A DNA stretch of 64,000 nt, from NCBI GenBank assembly GCA_015075075.1, contig JABTVA010000012.1, positions 4,655 through 68,654 on the forward strand, read 5' to 3'. The stretch comes from Deltaproteobacteria bacterium. GTDB taxonomy: Bacteria; Desulfobacterota; GWC2-55-46. A model generated the notes under the pieces. That model was not told the origin of the DNA, did not search any database, and worked only from the letters and a program-made list of their open reading frames with translations. Made by a program: the position numbers and the translations under genes. Shown here one piece after another: positions 32,492-41,862 of the stretch (the stretch's first letter is position 1; each line of letters starts with the position of its first letter).

Positions 32492-33745
32492 TCAACGGAG
32501 GTCCAGGTCGGACCCTATGACCCTTTCAAGCTCGGCGGTCCTCTTCATGTACTCCGCTATCGCGGCTATGCGCTCGACCCTGACCCTCTTAAGCTCCCGC
32601 TCGGTGTCGAGGAGGGTAAGGAGGTCGGCCTTCCCGGCCTGGTAGTTCCTGATTGCCGATTCATACGAAAGCTCGACAAGGGGCAGAAGGCTCGTCTCAT
32701 AGAGGTCTATGGTCCTTTCGGCGGCCTCTACCATGAGGACCGCGCTCCTTACCTCGAAGCCCTTGCGGTTCTCTGCTGCCCGGAGCCGCGCCTTTGCCGA
32801 GCGCGCCCCTGCGCGCGCCTCTTCCGAGAGGCTGTCGTACTTGCCCCTCCAGATGGGGATGTTCATCTGGAACATGACCCCGTAGCTGTCGAACCTGCCG
32901 TCCCGCTCCATGGGCTCGACCCCCACCATGAAGTCGGGGTAATAGTTCTTTTCTGCCAGCCTGGCCGAGAGCTCATTAGCCTCGGCCTCGGATTCGAGCG
33001 CCTTTACCTCGGGGTTTTGCGAGAGGGCGGCCCTGGTAAGCCCTTCAAGGTCGAGCGCCGTCCTCTTAAGCGGCAGCGCCGCCCTTTCCGGCAATGCCGA
33101 ATCCTGCGGCCTGTCGAGCAGGGCCTTGAGCCTTGAAGCCGCTATCCCCTTCCTGGCCCCGAGCGAGATTATTTCCTCGTTTACGGCCGCTGTCTCGACG
33201 TTCACCCTTATTACGTCCTGCTGGGAGACCTGCCCTGTCGCGTACTTCGACTGGGCAATCCGGGACATGTCCTCAAGGAGCCTCTTTATGTCCCGGGCGA
33301 TCCTTATGGATTCATCCAGAAGCGCGTAATCGTAATATGCGTTCTTGACCGATTCGACGACCTCGAGCTCCTTGCCCCTCAATTCCGCCTTCGCGGCCCC
33401 GGCCTCCTTCAGGGCGATATTCTCCCTGAGCGGCCTTTTGCCGGGAAAGGGGAACATCTGGCTTATCGAATACCTGGTTGTTGTCGGCGGGCTTCCGAGC
33501 TCGAAAGGGCTTTCTGTAGGTATCTCTTCCTTCTCTATCCGAAAGACCGGGTCGTCCAATGCGCCCTCGGCTTTCGAGCGCGCATAAAACGCCGCGGCCC
33601 TCTCCTGCATGGCCCGTATCTCCGGGTTGTTGGCCAGGGCCTCATCGAGAAGTGGGCGGAGCTGCAGCTCTTCTTCAGGATACGCAGCGCCGGGAAAGGC
33701 AAATGCGAGAACCAGGGCCGCTGCTATAAGAAATGCCCGCATCAC
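32492..33745 (-). CDS. TolC-family outer membrane channel (CusC role)
   Basis: ALANNPEI, ISQMFPFPGKR, duplicated OEP repeats; upstream of cusB. Confidence 0.9.
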   Translation of the reverse strand: MMRAFLIAAALVLAFAFPGAAYPEEELQLRPLLDEALANNPEIRAMQERAAAFYARSKAEGALDDPVFRIEKEEIPTESPFELGSPPTTTRYSISQMFPFPGKRPLRENIALKEAGAAKAELRGKELEVVESVKNAYYDYALLDESIRIARDIKRLLEDMSRIAQSKYATGQVSQQDVIRVNVETAAVNEEIISLGARKGIAASRLKALLDRPQDSALPERAALPLKRTALDLEGLTRAALSQNPEVKALESEAEANELSARLAEKNYYPDFMVGVEPMERDGRFDSYGVMFQMNIPIWRGKYDSLSEEARAGARSAKARLRAAENRKGFEVRSAVLMVEAAERTIDLYETSLLPLVELSYESAIRNYQAGKADLLTLLDTERELKRVRVERIAAIAEYMKRTAELERVIGSDLDLR

Positions 33746-33817
33746 TAAGCCTCCTTGCCGAATTCATTGCCGTACAACGAAAACATATATTCCCTGCGCC
33801 GAAAAGTCCAGCGGATT

Positions 33818-33834
33818 TTCTACCTTATGTAGAA
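33818..33834. promoter_or_regulatory. Candidate BlaI/CopY-type operator upstream of the TolC-cusBA genes
   Basis: Perfect palindrome TTCTAC-CTTAT-GTAGAA; near-identical site at 35175-35191. Confidence 0.65.
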
Positions 33835-33851
33835 TCTGTCTCCAAAAAAAA

Positions 33852-34739
33852 TCAATGCCCCTTGTGAGAGCAGTGGCTCTTGCAGTCGTCTATCAGCTCG
33901 GCGTGGGTCTCGCAACGCTCCATGGTGCACTCATGAGAAAGCGGGCCCGCATAGATGGGCATGGCAAGGGATGCCGCGATGAGAAGGGCGATTGCCGCGC
34001 TCGCCGCCGCTTTCCCGGGCGTGACTGAGAACGCTGTCTTTTTTCCCTCGACAAGCCTCCGTATCCTGCCCGAGACGTCCGTCTGGCTGCCAGTTATCGA
34101 AGGGACAGGCAGCCAGATATTGTTCCTTGCTACCTTGAGTATGGCGGATGCGAGCGTGAGCGGCCCGCAGGAAGACCTTGCAGCCGAGTCGTCCGCCTCC
34201 TCTTCCCTCTTTAGCCTTGAATACGAGGCGAGCTGGCGCGCGGCCGGGATATAGAAGAATGCGTCCCTGAGGAAGCCGAAGACGAAAAACCTCAACGGGT
34301 CCCTTCTCCTTTTATGGTTTAACTCATGCAGGAGGACGGCCCTCGCTTCTTTCCTTGAGAGGCTTTTGAGGAGCCCCGTAGATATGTAGACCCTGGGCCT
34401 TAGAAGACCGAAGGTAAACGCGGCCCTGACGCTCTCGTCTTTTATGATGGCGAGCCCGCCCTCGAAGTGATGCACCGGGAGTTTCCTTACAGCCCTCTTA
34501 GTGCCTGCGAAGGCCGAGACTCCGCGGAAAGCGGCATACGCGAAGCCCGTGGCGACGAGGATTGCCCCGGACCAGAAGAACGCGAGCTTGCCGAGGGAAA
34601 GGAACTCGACGCACATGACGAGGAGAGACTGGCAGGCCTCAAGCACGCTACCTGTAAAGGATACGAGCAAAGGCAGCGCGTAAATGAGCCATGCGGCTGA
34701 AAACGCGAATACGGATATGAAAAGGAGAGGGGCGGCCAT
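33852..34739 (-). CDS. M56 family (BlaR1-like) membrane metallopeptidase with Cys/His-rich C-terminal tail
   Basis: AFTFGLLRPRVYIS, HELNH..RRDP, EEEADD; TGATG coupling to upstream repressor. Confidence 0.88.
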   Translation of the reverse strand: MAAPLLFISVFAFSAAWLIYALPLLVSFTGSVLEACQSLLVMCVEFLSLGKLAFFWSGAILVATGFAYAAFRGVSAFAGTKRAVRKLPVHHFEGGLAIIKDESVRAAFTFGLLRPRVYISTGLLKSLSRKEARAVLLHELNHKRRRDPLRFFVFGFLRDAFFYIPAARQLASYSRLKREEEADDSAARSSCGPLTLASAILKVARNNIWLPVPSITGSQTDVSGRIRRLVEGKKTAFSVTPGKAAASAAIALLIAASLAMPIYAGPLSHECTMERCETHAELIDDCKSHCSHKGH

Positions 34740-35152
34740 CAGCCTTCCTCCACAGACTTAAGCTCTTTCTTTTTCGTCTCAATGAGCGTTGACAGGCGTT
34801 CGAGCTCATCCGGGTCTGCGTCCGCCAGCGCGTCCACGAACGAGGCGCATATGCCGGACGAGGATATCTCCATTATGCCCCGGAATACGTCCTGGGAAAC
34901 GGCCCTGGCGAACTCGTCTTTCGTATAGGCGGGCCTGAACAGGAATACGCTCGCCACTTTGACTTGGTCACAAGCCCTTGTTCACGAGCCTCTCAAGTAC
35001 CGTTAGGACGGTCGTGAGGCGACCTGCCTGGAGAAGCCCTGAATGGACCTCCTGCCGCTCGCCTCCCCGCTCTTCCAGAGGAACTCCATTATCTCCTGCT
35101 CAAGGGGGCCCAGGAGCTTCCCGTAACCGTCGAATCTGGCCTTTTTGGTCAT
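34739..35152 (-). CDS. BlaI/MecI/CopY family transcriptional repressor (frameshifted in assembly)
   Basis: LGPLEQEIMEFLW, TTVLTVLERLVNKGL, F..AYTKDEF, FVDAL. Confidence 0.85.
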
Positions 35153-35168
35153 CACCTTCTCCGCTTCC

Positions 35169-35197
35169 AATATATTCGACAAGGCGTAGAAAGTCAA
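35169..35197 (-). promoter_or_regulatory. Sigma70 promoter of the repressor gene with operator filling the spacer
   Basis: TTGACT-N17-TATATT; the 17-bp spacer is TTCTAC-GCCTT-GTCGAA. Confidence 0.75.
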
Positions 35198-35248
35198 GAG
35201 GAATTCCTTGCCAAAGAGGGTTGTCTTGCTGTACCGTATTTAAAATCA

Positions 35249-35389
35249 GGCGACTTCTAAAGCGATCTTTTCCCCGGACTCTGCGTAGTTCACGGAATAA
35301 AAATGCTCACATATTGTCATATATGCTCCGCTTTTTATTCCCGGCCTTCCAGGAAAAGCGGGAAAAATCTCTAATTTTAAGAGGTTGCC
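35249..35389 (+). mobile_element. Family A element, copy 4
   Basis: GGCGACTTCTAAA..AGAGGTTGCC ends and full core. Confidence 0.85.
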
Positions 35390-35423
35390 TTCAATAAACG
35401 TTTCTGTTCTTTTCGGAGGCTTT

Positions 35424-36056
35424 TTGGGTTTCTTTATAACATTCGAGGGCATAGAGGGCTGCGGGAAATCCACCCAGAAGGAGCTCCTTAAGGGCCATCT
35501 CGAACGTAAGGGCAAAGAGGTCCTTACCGTAAGGGAGCCTGGCGGCACTCTCCTTGGCGAGAAGGTACGGGCCGTCCTCCTTGAGCGCGGGGACGAGCCC
35601 ATTGACCCGTGGGCCGAGCTCTTCCTCTACCAGGCATGCAGGGCGCAGCTCGTGAAACGCGTCATAAGGCCGGCCCTTGAGGCAGGCAAGGTGGTCATAT
35701 CCGACCGTTTCTACGACTCGACCCTCGCCTACCAGGGCTATGGAAGGGGCCTTGACAGGGCGGCTGTAAAAAAGCTCAACGCCCTCGGCTCCGGCGGCCT
35801 TGTACCGGACCTGACCTTCCTCATAGACTGCGGAGTGGAAGAGGGCTTGAAGAGGGCCTTTTCGCGCATAGCATCCGCAAAAGGCGCAAGGGAGGACCGC
35901 TTCGAAAGGGAGGACATCGACTTCCACAGGCGCGTAAGGGAGGGGTTCCTCAGGGCGGCAAAACGGGAGCCGAGGATAAGGGTCGTGGACGGCTCCGCTG
36001 AAATCTCTACGGTCCACAAGGATATATGTGATATCATTGACAGGGCGATGGGCTAA
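35424..36056 (+). CDS. tmk: Thymidylate kinase
   Basis: FITFEGIEGCGKSTQ, REPGGT, DRFYDSTLAYQG; TTG start after GGAGG. Confidence 0.96.
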   Translation: MGFFITFEGIEGCGKSTQKELLKGHLERKGKEVLTVREPGGTLLGEKVRAVLLERGDEPIDPWAELFLYQACRAQLVKRVIRPALEAGKVVISDRFYDSTLAYQGYGRGLDRAAVKKLNALGSGGLVPDLTFLIDCGVEEGLKRAFSRIASAKGAREDRFEREDIDFHRRVREGFLRAAKREPRIRVVDGSAEISTVHKDICDIIDRAMG

Positions 36057-36061
36057 CTGAA

Positions 36062-37078
36062 ATGGGCTTTCAGGAGATAATAGGGCACGAGCGCGAATTA
36101 GGGATACTCAAGGGGCTCATAACCTCTGGCAGGGTACCTCATGCCTTCCTTTTCGCGGGCCCGGACGGCGTTGGAAAGAAGCTCGTGGCAAGGGCCTTTG
36201 CCGCGGCGCTCAACTGCGAATCTCCCGGCGGCAACTCGTGCGGGCTATGCCGAGACTGCGCCGCTATCGAGGGCGGGTCGCACCCCAACGTAATGGAGAT
36301 ATGGCCGCTCGATAAGCCGGTCGATAAGAAGGGCGAGAGGGACCCGCTCGGCCTCATAAGGATAGACCAGATAAGGGAGGTGCAGTCGGTCCTCAGGTAT
36401 AGGGCCGAGCGCGGCACGAAGGTCGTAATCGTGAACGGGGCCGACAGGTTCATGCCCGCCGCCGCCAACGCGTTTTTGAAGACCCTTGAAGAGCCGCCCG
36501 GCGGGTCTGTGATCGTACTCGTATCATCCAGGCCCGCCGACCTCCTCCCGACTGTCGTCTCAAGGTGCAGGAGGATAAACTTCAGGCCGCTCTCCGAGGG
36601 CGCCGTAAGGGCATACCTCATAGAGAAAAAGGGGATCGCACCTGCCGAGGCAGGTGCCGTGGCGCGCCTCTCGGACGGCTCCATCTCGAAGGCCGCCGGT
36701 TACATCGATGAAGGGTGGCTCCAGAAGAGGAGGGACGTCGTCGAGAGGCTCCTGTCTTTCGGCCAGAACGACGCGGACGAGGCCCTTAAGTTCGCCGAGG
36801 AGCTTTCAAAGCGGGACGACCTCGAGGAGACGCTCGACTTCCTGAAATCCTGGTACAGGGACAGGATAGTGGCGTTCGAGGGCGCGCCGCACCTCATAGC
36901 CAATACCGACATGCAAAGGCGCATGAAAGACGACCGCGTGGAGGACTTTAACCGCCTCTCTTCCTCTTTTTGGGCGGTCGAGGAGGCGCTGAGGAACATC
37001 ACGCCCCCGAGGAACGGGAACAGGCATCTAACGATGGAGGCGCTGGTCCTTAAGCTTTCGGGCGCGCTCCTCATGTAG
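36062..37078 (+). CDS. holB: DNA polymerase III delta-prime subunit
   Basis: HAFLFAGP.GVGK, CGLC..C, AANAFLKTLEEPP, SRC. Confidence 0.93.
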   Translation: MGFQEIIGHERELGILKGLITSGRVPHAFLFAGPDGVGKKLVARAFAAALNCESPGGNSCGLCRDCAAIEGGSHPNVMEIWPLDKPVDKKGERDPLGLIRIDQIREVQSVLRYRAERGTKVVIVNGADRFMPAAANAFLKTLEEPPGGSVIVLVSSRPADLLPTVVSRCRRINFRPLSEGAVRAYLIEKKGIAPAEAGAVARLSDGSISKAAGYIDEGWLQKRRDVVERLLSFGQNDADEALKFAEELSKRDDLEETLDFLKSWYRDRIVAFEGAPHLIANTDMQRRMKDDRVEDFNRLSSSFWAVEEALRNITPPRNGNRHLTMEALVLKLSGALLM

Positions 37079-37144
37079 CTCAAACCGGAACAGGATGGCT
37101 AAGCCGCGGGATTGACGGCGGACGCACAGGCAAAGGATAAAGGC

Positions 37145-38107
37145 ATGGTAAGGGTAGCTGGAGTCAGGTTCAAGAAAGCTTGCAAGGTCTACGATTTCGA
37201 GGCCGGGGAAATGGAGCTCCATCCGGGGGACTCCGTGATAGTGGAGGTCGAAAGGGGCCTCGGCATGGGGACGCTCGTCTACAGCCCCAGGGAGGTGGAC
37301 CCGGCGGTGCTCGCGAGGCCGCTTAAGAAGATAGTCAGGAAGGCCGACGCGGTGGACATAGAAAGGCTCGGCTTCAATACCGAGAGGGAGAACGAGGCCT
37401 TCGCCATATGCAAGGAGAGGATAATCAAGTACAGCCTCCCCATGAAGCTCATAAGGGTAGAGTACCTCTTCGATTCGAGCAAGGCCATATTCTATTTCAC
37501 TTCCGACACCAGGGTCGATTTCCGCGAGCTGGTGAAGGACCTTGCCGCGACCTTCCACACAAGGATAGAGATGCGGCAGATAGGCGTGAGGGACGAGGCC
37601 AAGATGATAGGCGGCCTCGGCCCGTGCGGGAGGGAGCTTTGCTGCTCGGGTTTCCTGGCCGACTTCGAGCCCGTGACCATAAAGATGGCCAAGGAGCAGA
37701 ACCTGGCCCTGAACCCCGTGAAGATATCCGGCATATGCGGCAGGCTCATGTGCTGCCTCTCCTACGAGCACGATTTCTACCAGAGCGAGAGGAAGAGGGA
37801 CAGGGAAAAGGAAAGGGAGAGCGTAAGGGACGGCGGCAAGGACACAAGCGACACGGGCAAGGGCGAGGAGAAGCGCCAGAGGCCCGACCGTGACCGGGGG
37901 AAAAAGCCGGGCAAGGCCGCACAGGGGCAGCAACAGGGGCATAAGAGCGGCTGCGGCGGCTGCGGCAGGCATGATAAAAAGAAACACAGGCCCAGGGATG
38001 AGGGAAAACCCGGGCAGGTGGCGGAGGGGAAGCCGGGGGGAGCTGACGGGAAACCTGGGCAGGGGGCCGACGGAAAACCGGGGCAAGGGGCTGACGGGAA
38101 TGCCTGA
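37145..38107 (+). CDS. ricT: PSP1/YaaT (RicT) family protein with low-complexity tail
   Basis: RVDFRELVKDLA, GPCGRELCC, SGICGRLMCCL.YE. Confidence 0.88.
   Translation: MVRVAGVRFKKACKVYDFEAGEMELHPGDSVIVEVERGLGMGTLVYSPREVDPAVLARPLKKIVRKADAVDIERLGFNTERENEAFAICKERIIKYSLPMKLIRVEYLFDSSKAIFYFTSDTRVDFRELVKDLAATFHTRIEMRQIGVRDEAKMIGGLGPCGRELCCSGFLADFEPVTIKMAKEQNLALNPVKISGICGRLMCCLSYEHDFYQSERKRDREKERESVRDGGKDTSDTGKGEEKRQRPDRDRGKKPGKAAQGQQQGHKSGCGGCGRHDKKKHRPRDEGKPGQVAEGKPGGADGKPGQGADGKPGQGADGNA
38002..38099 (+). repeat. 24-bp tandem coding repeat (GKPGQGAD x4)
   Basis: Four imperfect units at the 3' end of the PSP1 gene. Confidence 0.7.
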
Positions 38108-39632
38108 GGCTGAAAAGACCTTCTACGTCACCACGCCGATTTATTACGTAAACGACGTGCCGCACATAGGGCACGCCTATACTACCATCGCCGCGGACTG
38201 CATAGCCCGTTTCAAGAGGCTCAAGGGGTTCGATGTCCTATTCGCGACTGGCACTGACGAACACGGCCAGAAGGTCGAGAAGGCGGCTGCGGCTGCCGGG
38301 CTCGCGCCTCTGGATTTCGCCTCGGGCGTGGGGCAGAGGTTCAAGGACCTCTGGGCCAGGCTCAATATCACGAACGACGACTTCATAAGGACTACCGAGG
38401 AAAGGCACCTTAAGGCGGTCTCCAGGCTCTGGGAGACTGTGCAGGCAAAGGGCGACATATACCTCGGCGAGTGCGAGGACTGGTACTGCACCCCGTGCGA
38501 GAGCTTCTGGACCGACAAACAGCTTAAGGACGGCAAATGCCCGGACTGTGGCCGCCCTGTCGAGAAGCTCAAGGAGCCGAGCTACTTCTTCAGGCTCTCC
38601 AGATACGGCGAGCCGCTCCTTAAACATATTGAGGAGAACCCGGGCTTCATAAGGCCAGAGAACAGGAGAAACGAGGTCGTCTCTTTTCTCAGGGAAGGGC
38701 TCCGCGATTTAAGCGTAAGCAGGACCACCTTCAAGTGGGGCATACCGGTGCCCGGCGACCCGGCGCACGTCATGTACGTCTGGTTCGACGCGCTCACCAA
38801 TTACCTGACCGCGACCGGTTACCCGGACGATATGGGCCGGAGCAAAAGGTGCTGGCCCGCGGACCTGCACCTCATCGGAAAGGACATACTCCGCTTCCAC
38901 GCGGTCTACTGGCCCGCCTTTCTCATGGCCGCTGGGATCGAGCCGCCGAAAGAGGTCTTTGCCCACGGCTGGTGGACCATCGAGGGGCAGAAGATGAGCA
39001 AATCCAAAGGCAATGTGGTCGACCCCTGGGCAACTGCCGAGAAGTTCGGGGTGGACGCCTTCCGCTATTTCCTTTTGCGCGAGGTGCCGTTCGGGGTCGA
39101 CGGGGACTTTTCCGAGAAGGCCCTTGTAGGGAGGCTCAATAGCGACCTCGCGAACGACCTGGGGAACCTCTTGAGCAGGTCGGTCACCATGATAGAGAAG
39201 TACAGGGGCGGTGTCGTCCCCTCGGCGGATCCGGTTGAGAGGGAAGAGCTTGAGGGTAGGATCAGGTCCCTTTTTAAAGAGCTCCCGCACCAGTATGAGG
39301 AGAAGATGAACGGGCTCTCTTTCCACGAGGCCCTCGGAAAGGCCTGGACAATCGTAAGGGAGCTCAATATGTACGTCGATAAGGCCGCTCCGTGGAAGGA
39401 AAAGGACGAGGCGACCCTCTCGGCTGTGCTGGCGACCCTCGCCGAGGGGCTCCGGATAATAGCGGTATACGCATGGCCCGTTATCCCGGAGTCTGCCCAA
39501 AAGATATGGGAAAGCCTCGGGCTTGAAAATGACATAGGAAAGGCAAGATTCGACGAGGCCGTGGCCTGGGGTAATACGCTTTCAGGCCTCAAGGTCAAAA
39601 AAACACCCCCGCTCTTCCCGAGGGTGCAGTAG
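38100..39632 (+). CDS. metG: Methionyl-tRNA synthetase (short form without C-terminal tRNA-binding domain)
   Basis: TTPIYYVN..PHIGH, YVWFDAL, KMSKS. Confidence 0.97.
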   Translation: MPEAEKTFYVTTPIYYVNDVPHIGHAYTTIAADCIARFKRLKGFDVLFATGTDEHGQKVEKAAAAAGLAPLDFASGVGQRFKDLWARLNITNDDFIRTTEERHLKAVSRLWETVQAKGDIYLGECEDWYCTPCESFWTDKQLKDGKCPDCGRPVEKLKEPSYFFRLSRYGEPLLKHIEENPGFIRPENRRNEVVSFLREGLRDLSVSRTTFKWGIPVPGDPAHVMYVWFDALTNYLTATGYPDDMGRSKRCWPADLHLIGKDILRFHAVYWPAFLMAAGIEPPKEVFAHGWWTIEGQKMSKSKGNVVDPWATAEKFGVDAFRYFLLREVPFGVDGDFSEKALVGRLNSDLANDLGNLLSRSVTMIEKYRGGVVPSADPVEREELEGRIRSLFKELPHQYEEKMNGLSFHEALGKAWTIVRELNMYVDKAAPWKEKDEATLSAVLATLAEGLRIIAVYAWPVIPESAQKIWESLGLENDIGKARFDEAVAWGNTLSGLKVKKTPPLFPRVQ

Positions 39633-39688
39633 TAGTACCCCTCTTTTTTAAAGGAGGAAGATTTAAAAGCTCTGATTAATTCATTGTC

Positions 39689-39775
39689 GTCATTGCGAGC
39701 GCAGCGAAGCAAACTCATCCTTAAGTAAATTATGCGTTTGGAGATTGCTTCGGAGCTAAAGCTCCTCGCAATGAC
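39689..39775 (+). repeat. Family D palindromic repeat (CGTC/TGTC-tagged REP type), copy 1
   Basis: GTCATTGCGAG..CTCGCAATGAC inverted ends with GCGCAGCGAAGC. Confidence 0.85.
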
Positions 39776-39912
39776 AACTGAAACGAGAATTATCGGAGTT
39801 CTTAATATGAATCATAATCCCCCTTCCTTCCTTTTTGAAAGGTAGGGAATTTAATAAAAGGCTCTCATTTAAAAACGATACCTTTTGACGCGTTAGTGTT
39901 TTTAATTTGCTG

Positions 39913-41328
39913 ATGGAAAAACCATATCTGATCGACAGCCACGCCCACCTCGACGACCCGCGGTTCGCGGACGACCTCGAAGAGGTCATAACCAGGGCCA
40001 AAGAAGCGGGGCTCAAGAAGATAATCACGGTAGGGTGCTGGAGCAAGAAGGACGGCTTCGAAAAGCCCATGGAGCTTGCCTCGAAGTACGACCTCCTCTA
40101 TCTTGCGCTCGGGGTGCACCCGCACGACTCCAGGGACGCCGCAGGCAAGGCCCCCTGGGCCGAGATAAGAAAGTTCGCGCTCGGAGAGGACGCCGCCGCG
40201 GCAAAAAAGCTCGTGGCAATAGGCGAAACCGGGCTCGACTACTATTACGACCACTCGCCCAAAAAGGCGCAGAAGGACGCGTTCGTAAAGCAGATAAGGC
40301 TTGCGAGGGAACTGAACCTCCCGCTCATCATACATACGAGGGACGCGGAGTCCGACACCCTCGACATACTCCGCTCCGAGGGGGCGGGGGAGACAGGCGG
40401 GGTCTTCCATTGCTTCTCGGGCACGAAGGAGACCGCGAAGGCCGCCCTGGACATGGGCTTCCACCTCTCCTTTACGGGTGTCGTCACCTTCTCCAAGGCC
40501 GAGGCCCTTCGCGAGGTCGTAAAGACCGTTCCGATAGAGAAGATGCTCGTCGAGACAGACTGCCCCTATCTCGCGCCCGAGCCTTACAGGGGCCGGAGGA
40601 ACGAGCCTTCGTTCGTGCTTGAGACCGCGAGGGAGATAGCGGCGATAAAGGGCTTGAGCGTAAACGACGTATCGAGGATAACGAGCCTGAACGCCGAGGA
40701 GCTCTTCGGCCTCCGGGGCGGAACGGACAAGGCCCGGATAGCATATCCCATAAGGAATTCGCTTTACCTAAATATAACCAACAGGTGCTCGAACCACTGC
40801 ACCTTCTGCGCCAAGTTCAAGTCATATACGGTCAAGGGGCATTACCTGAGGCTACGCGAGGAGCCTACCTTTGCCGAGATAATCTCCGCCATAGGCCCGG
40901 ACCCGGAGGAGAAGTACGACGAGATAGTCTTCTGCGGCTTCGGGGAGCCGCTGATAAGGCTCGATATCGTCAAAGAGGTCGGGATGTACCTTAAGCGGAG
41001 GGGCTGCAGGATCCGGATAGACACCGACGGCCTGGCGAACCTCGTCCACGGGAGGAACGTGCTGCCGGAACTGAAGTTCGTGGACTGCGTTTCCGTGAGC
41101 CTCAACGCCCCGGATTCCAAGACCTACCAGAAGCTCGTCAAGACCCCCTTCAAGGACGACGCCTTTCCCGCCATACTCTTTTTCCTGAGAGAAGCGAAGA
41201 AGCACATATCGAAGGTCGTGGCAAGCGTGGTCGCCGTGCCAGGCCTCGATATCGAGGCCTGCCGGAAGGTAGCCGAGGACGAGCTGGGGGTTAAGTTCAG
41301 GGTGAGGGAGTATAATACGGTAGGGTAA
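39913..41328 (+). CDS. TatD family nuclease fused to TatD-associated radical SAM domain
   Basis: DSHAH, GETGLDY, HTR, ETDCPYL; then YLNITNRCSNHCTFC and FCGFGEP. Confidence 0.9.
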   Translation: MEKPYLIDSHAHLDDPRFADDLEEVITRAKEAGLKKIITVGCWSKKDGFEKPMELASKYDLLYLALGVHPHDSRDAAGKAPWAEIRKFALGEDAAAAKKLVAIGETGLDYYYDHSPKKAQKDAFVKQIRLARELNLPLIIHTRDAESDTLDILRSEGAGETGGVFHCFSGTKETAKAALDMGFHLSFTGVVTFSKAEALREVVKTVPIEKMLVETDCPYLAPEPYRGRRNEPSFVLETAREIAAIKGLSVNDVSRITSLNAEELFGLRGGTDKARIAYPIRNSLYLNITNRCSNHCTFCAKFKSYTVKGHYLRLREEPTFAEIISAIGPDPEEKYDEIVFCGFGEPLIRLDIVKEVGMYLKRRGCRIRIDTDGLANLVHGRNVLPELKFVDCVSVSLNAPDSKTYQKLVKTPFKDDAFPAILFFLREAKKHISKVVASVVAVPGLDIEACRKVAEDELGVKFRVREYNTVG

Positions 41329-41338
41329 GTTTTTTTGT

Positions 41339-41735
41339 TGCCCGAAGCCCTTTTCCGCGCTGCCGCGCGGATAGAGGGTAAGGGCTCGCTTGTTATCTGC
41401 CTCCCCCACCACGTGAACGGGCCCCTGAAGTCGCTTCGCTCCTACAGCCTCGGCCCGTTCACGCTCTTCCTCCCTTATACTTCGCTCGCCCTTACCCTCC
41501 GGGGTTTGTTTCAGGACAAGAAATCTTACATCCTTAGTTGTTTTGCATTTCAAACCACCCAGGGGCATAAGGCGGAGCGAACATAGGGATAGGGGAGGGC
41601 GGGCGAGGCAGGGCAGCAGGAGCGAGGCCCCGAAGCGGGCCGAGCGACATAAGGGCCGAGCCCGGAGGAAGGAGGCGGAAAGAAAGCGGAGCCTTATGCC
41701 CAAAAAGAGCGCGGCAGCGCGCAAAGGCTTTTGCA
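41339..41735. repeat. Family C ~390-nt structured palindromic element, copy 2
   Basis: Collinear homolog of 5551-5943. Confidence 0.85.
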
Positions 41736-41862
41736 CAATCTCACGCAATCCGGAAAGGGCAGCTACGTTTGTCATCAGAAAGTATTCGCTTTGCGAATCC
41801 ACCCCTCCAATCCTTCTTTTGACACTACATCCCCTTGATGGTATCCTCACCCATTGGAGTGG

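Noticed and set aside
25188-35197. BlaI control of the neighbouring atp operon, as reported for M. tuberculosis BlaI
   Set aside because: No TTCTAC-N5-GTAGAA-like site seen upstream of atpF; proximity alone is not evidence
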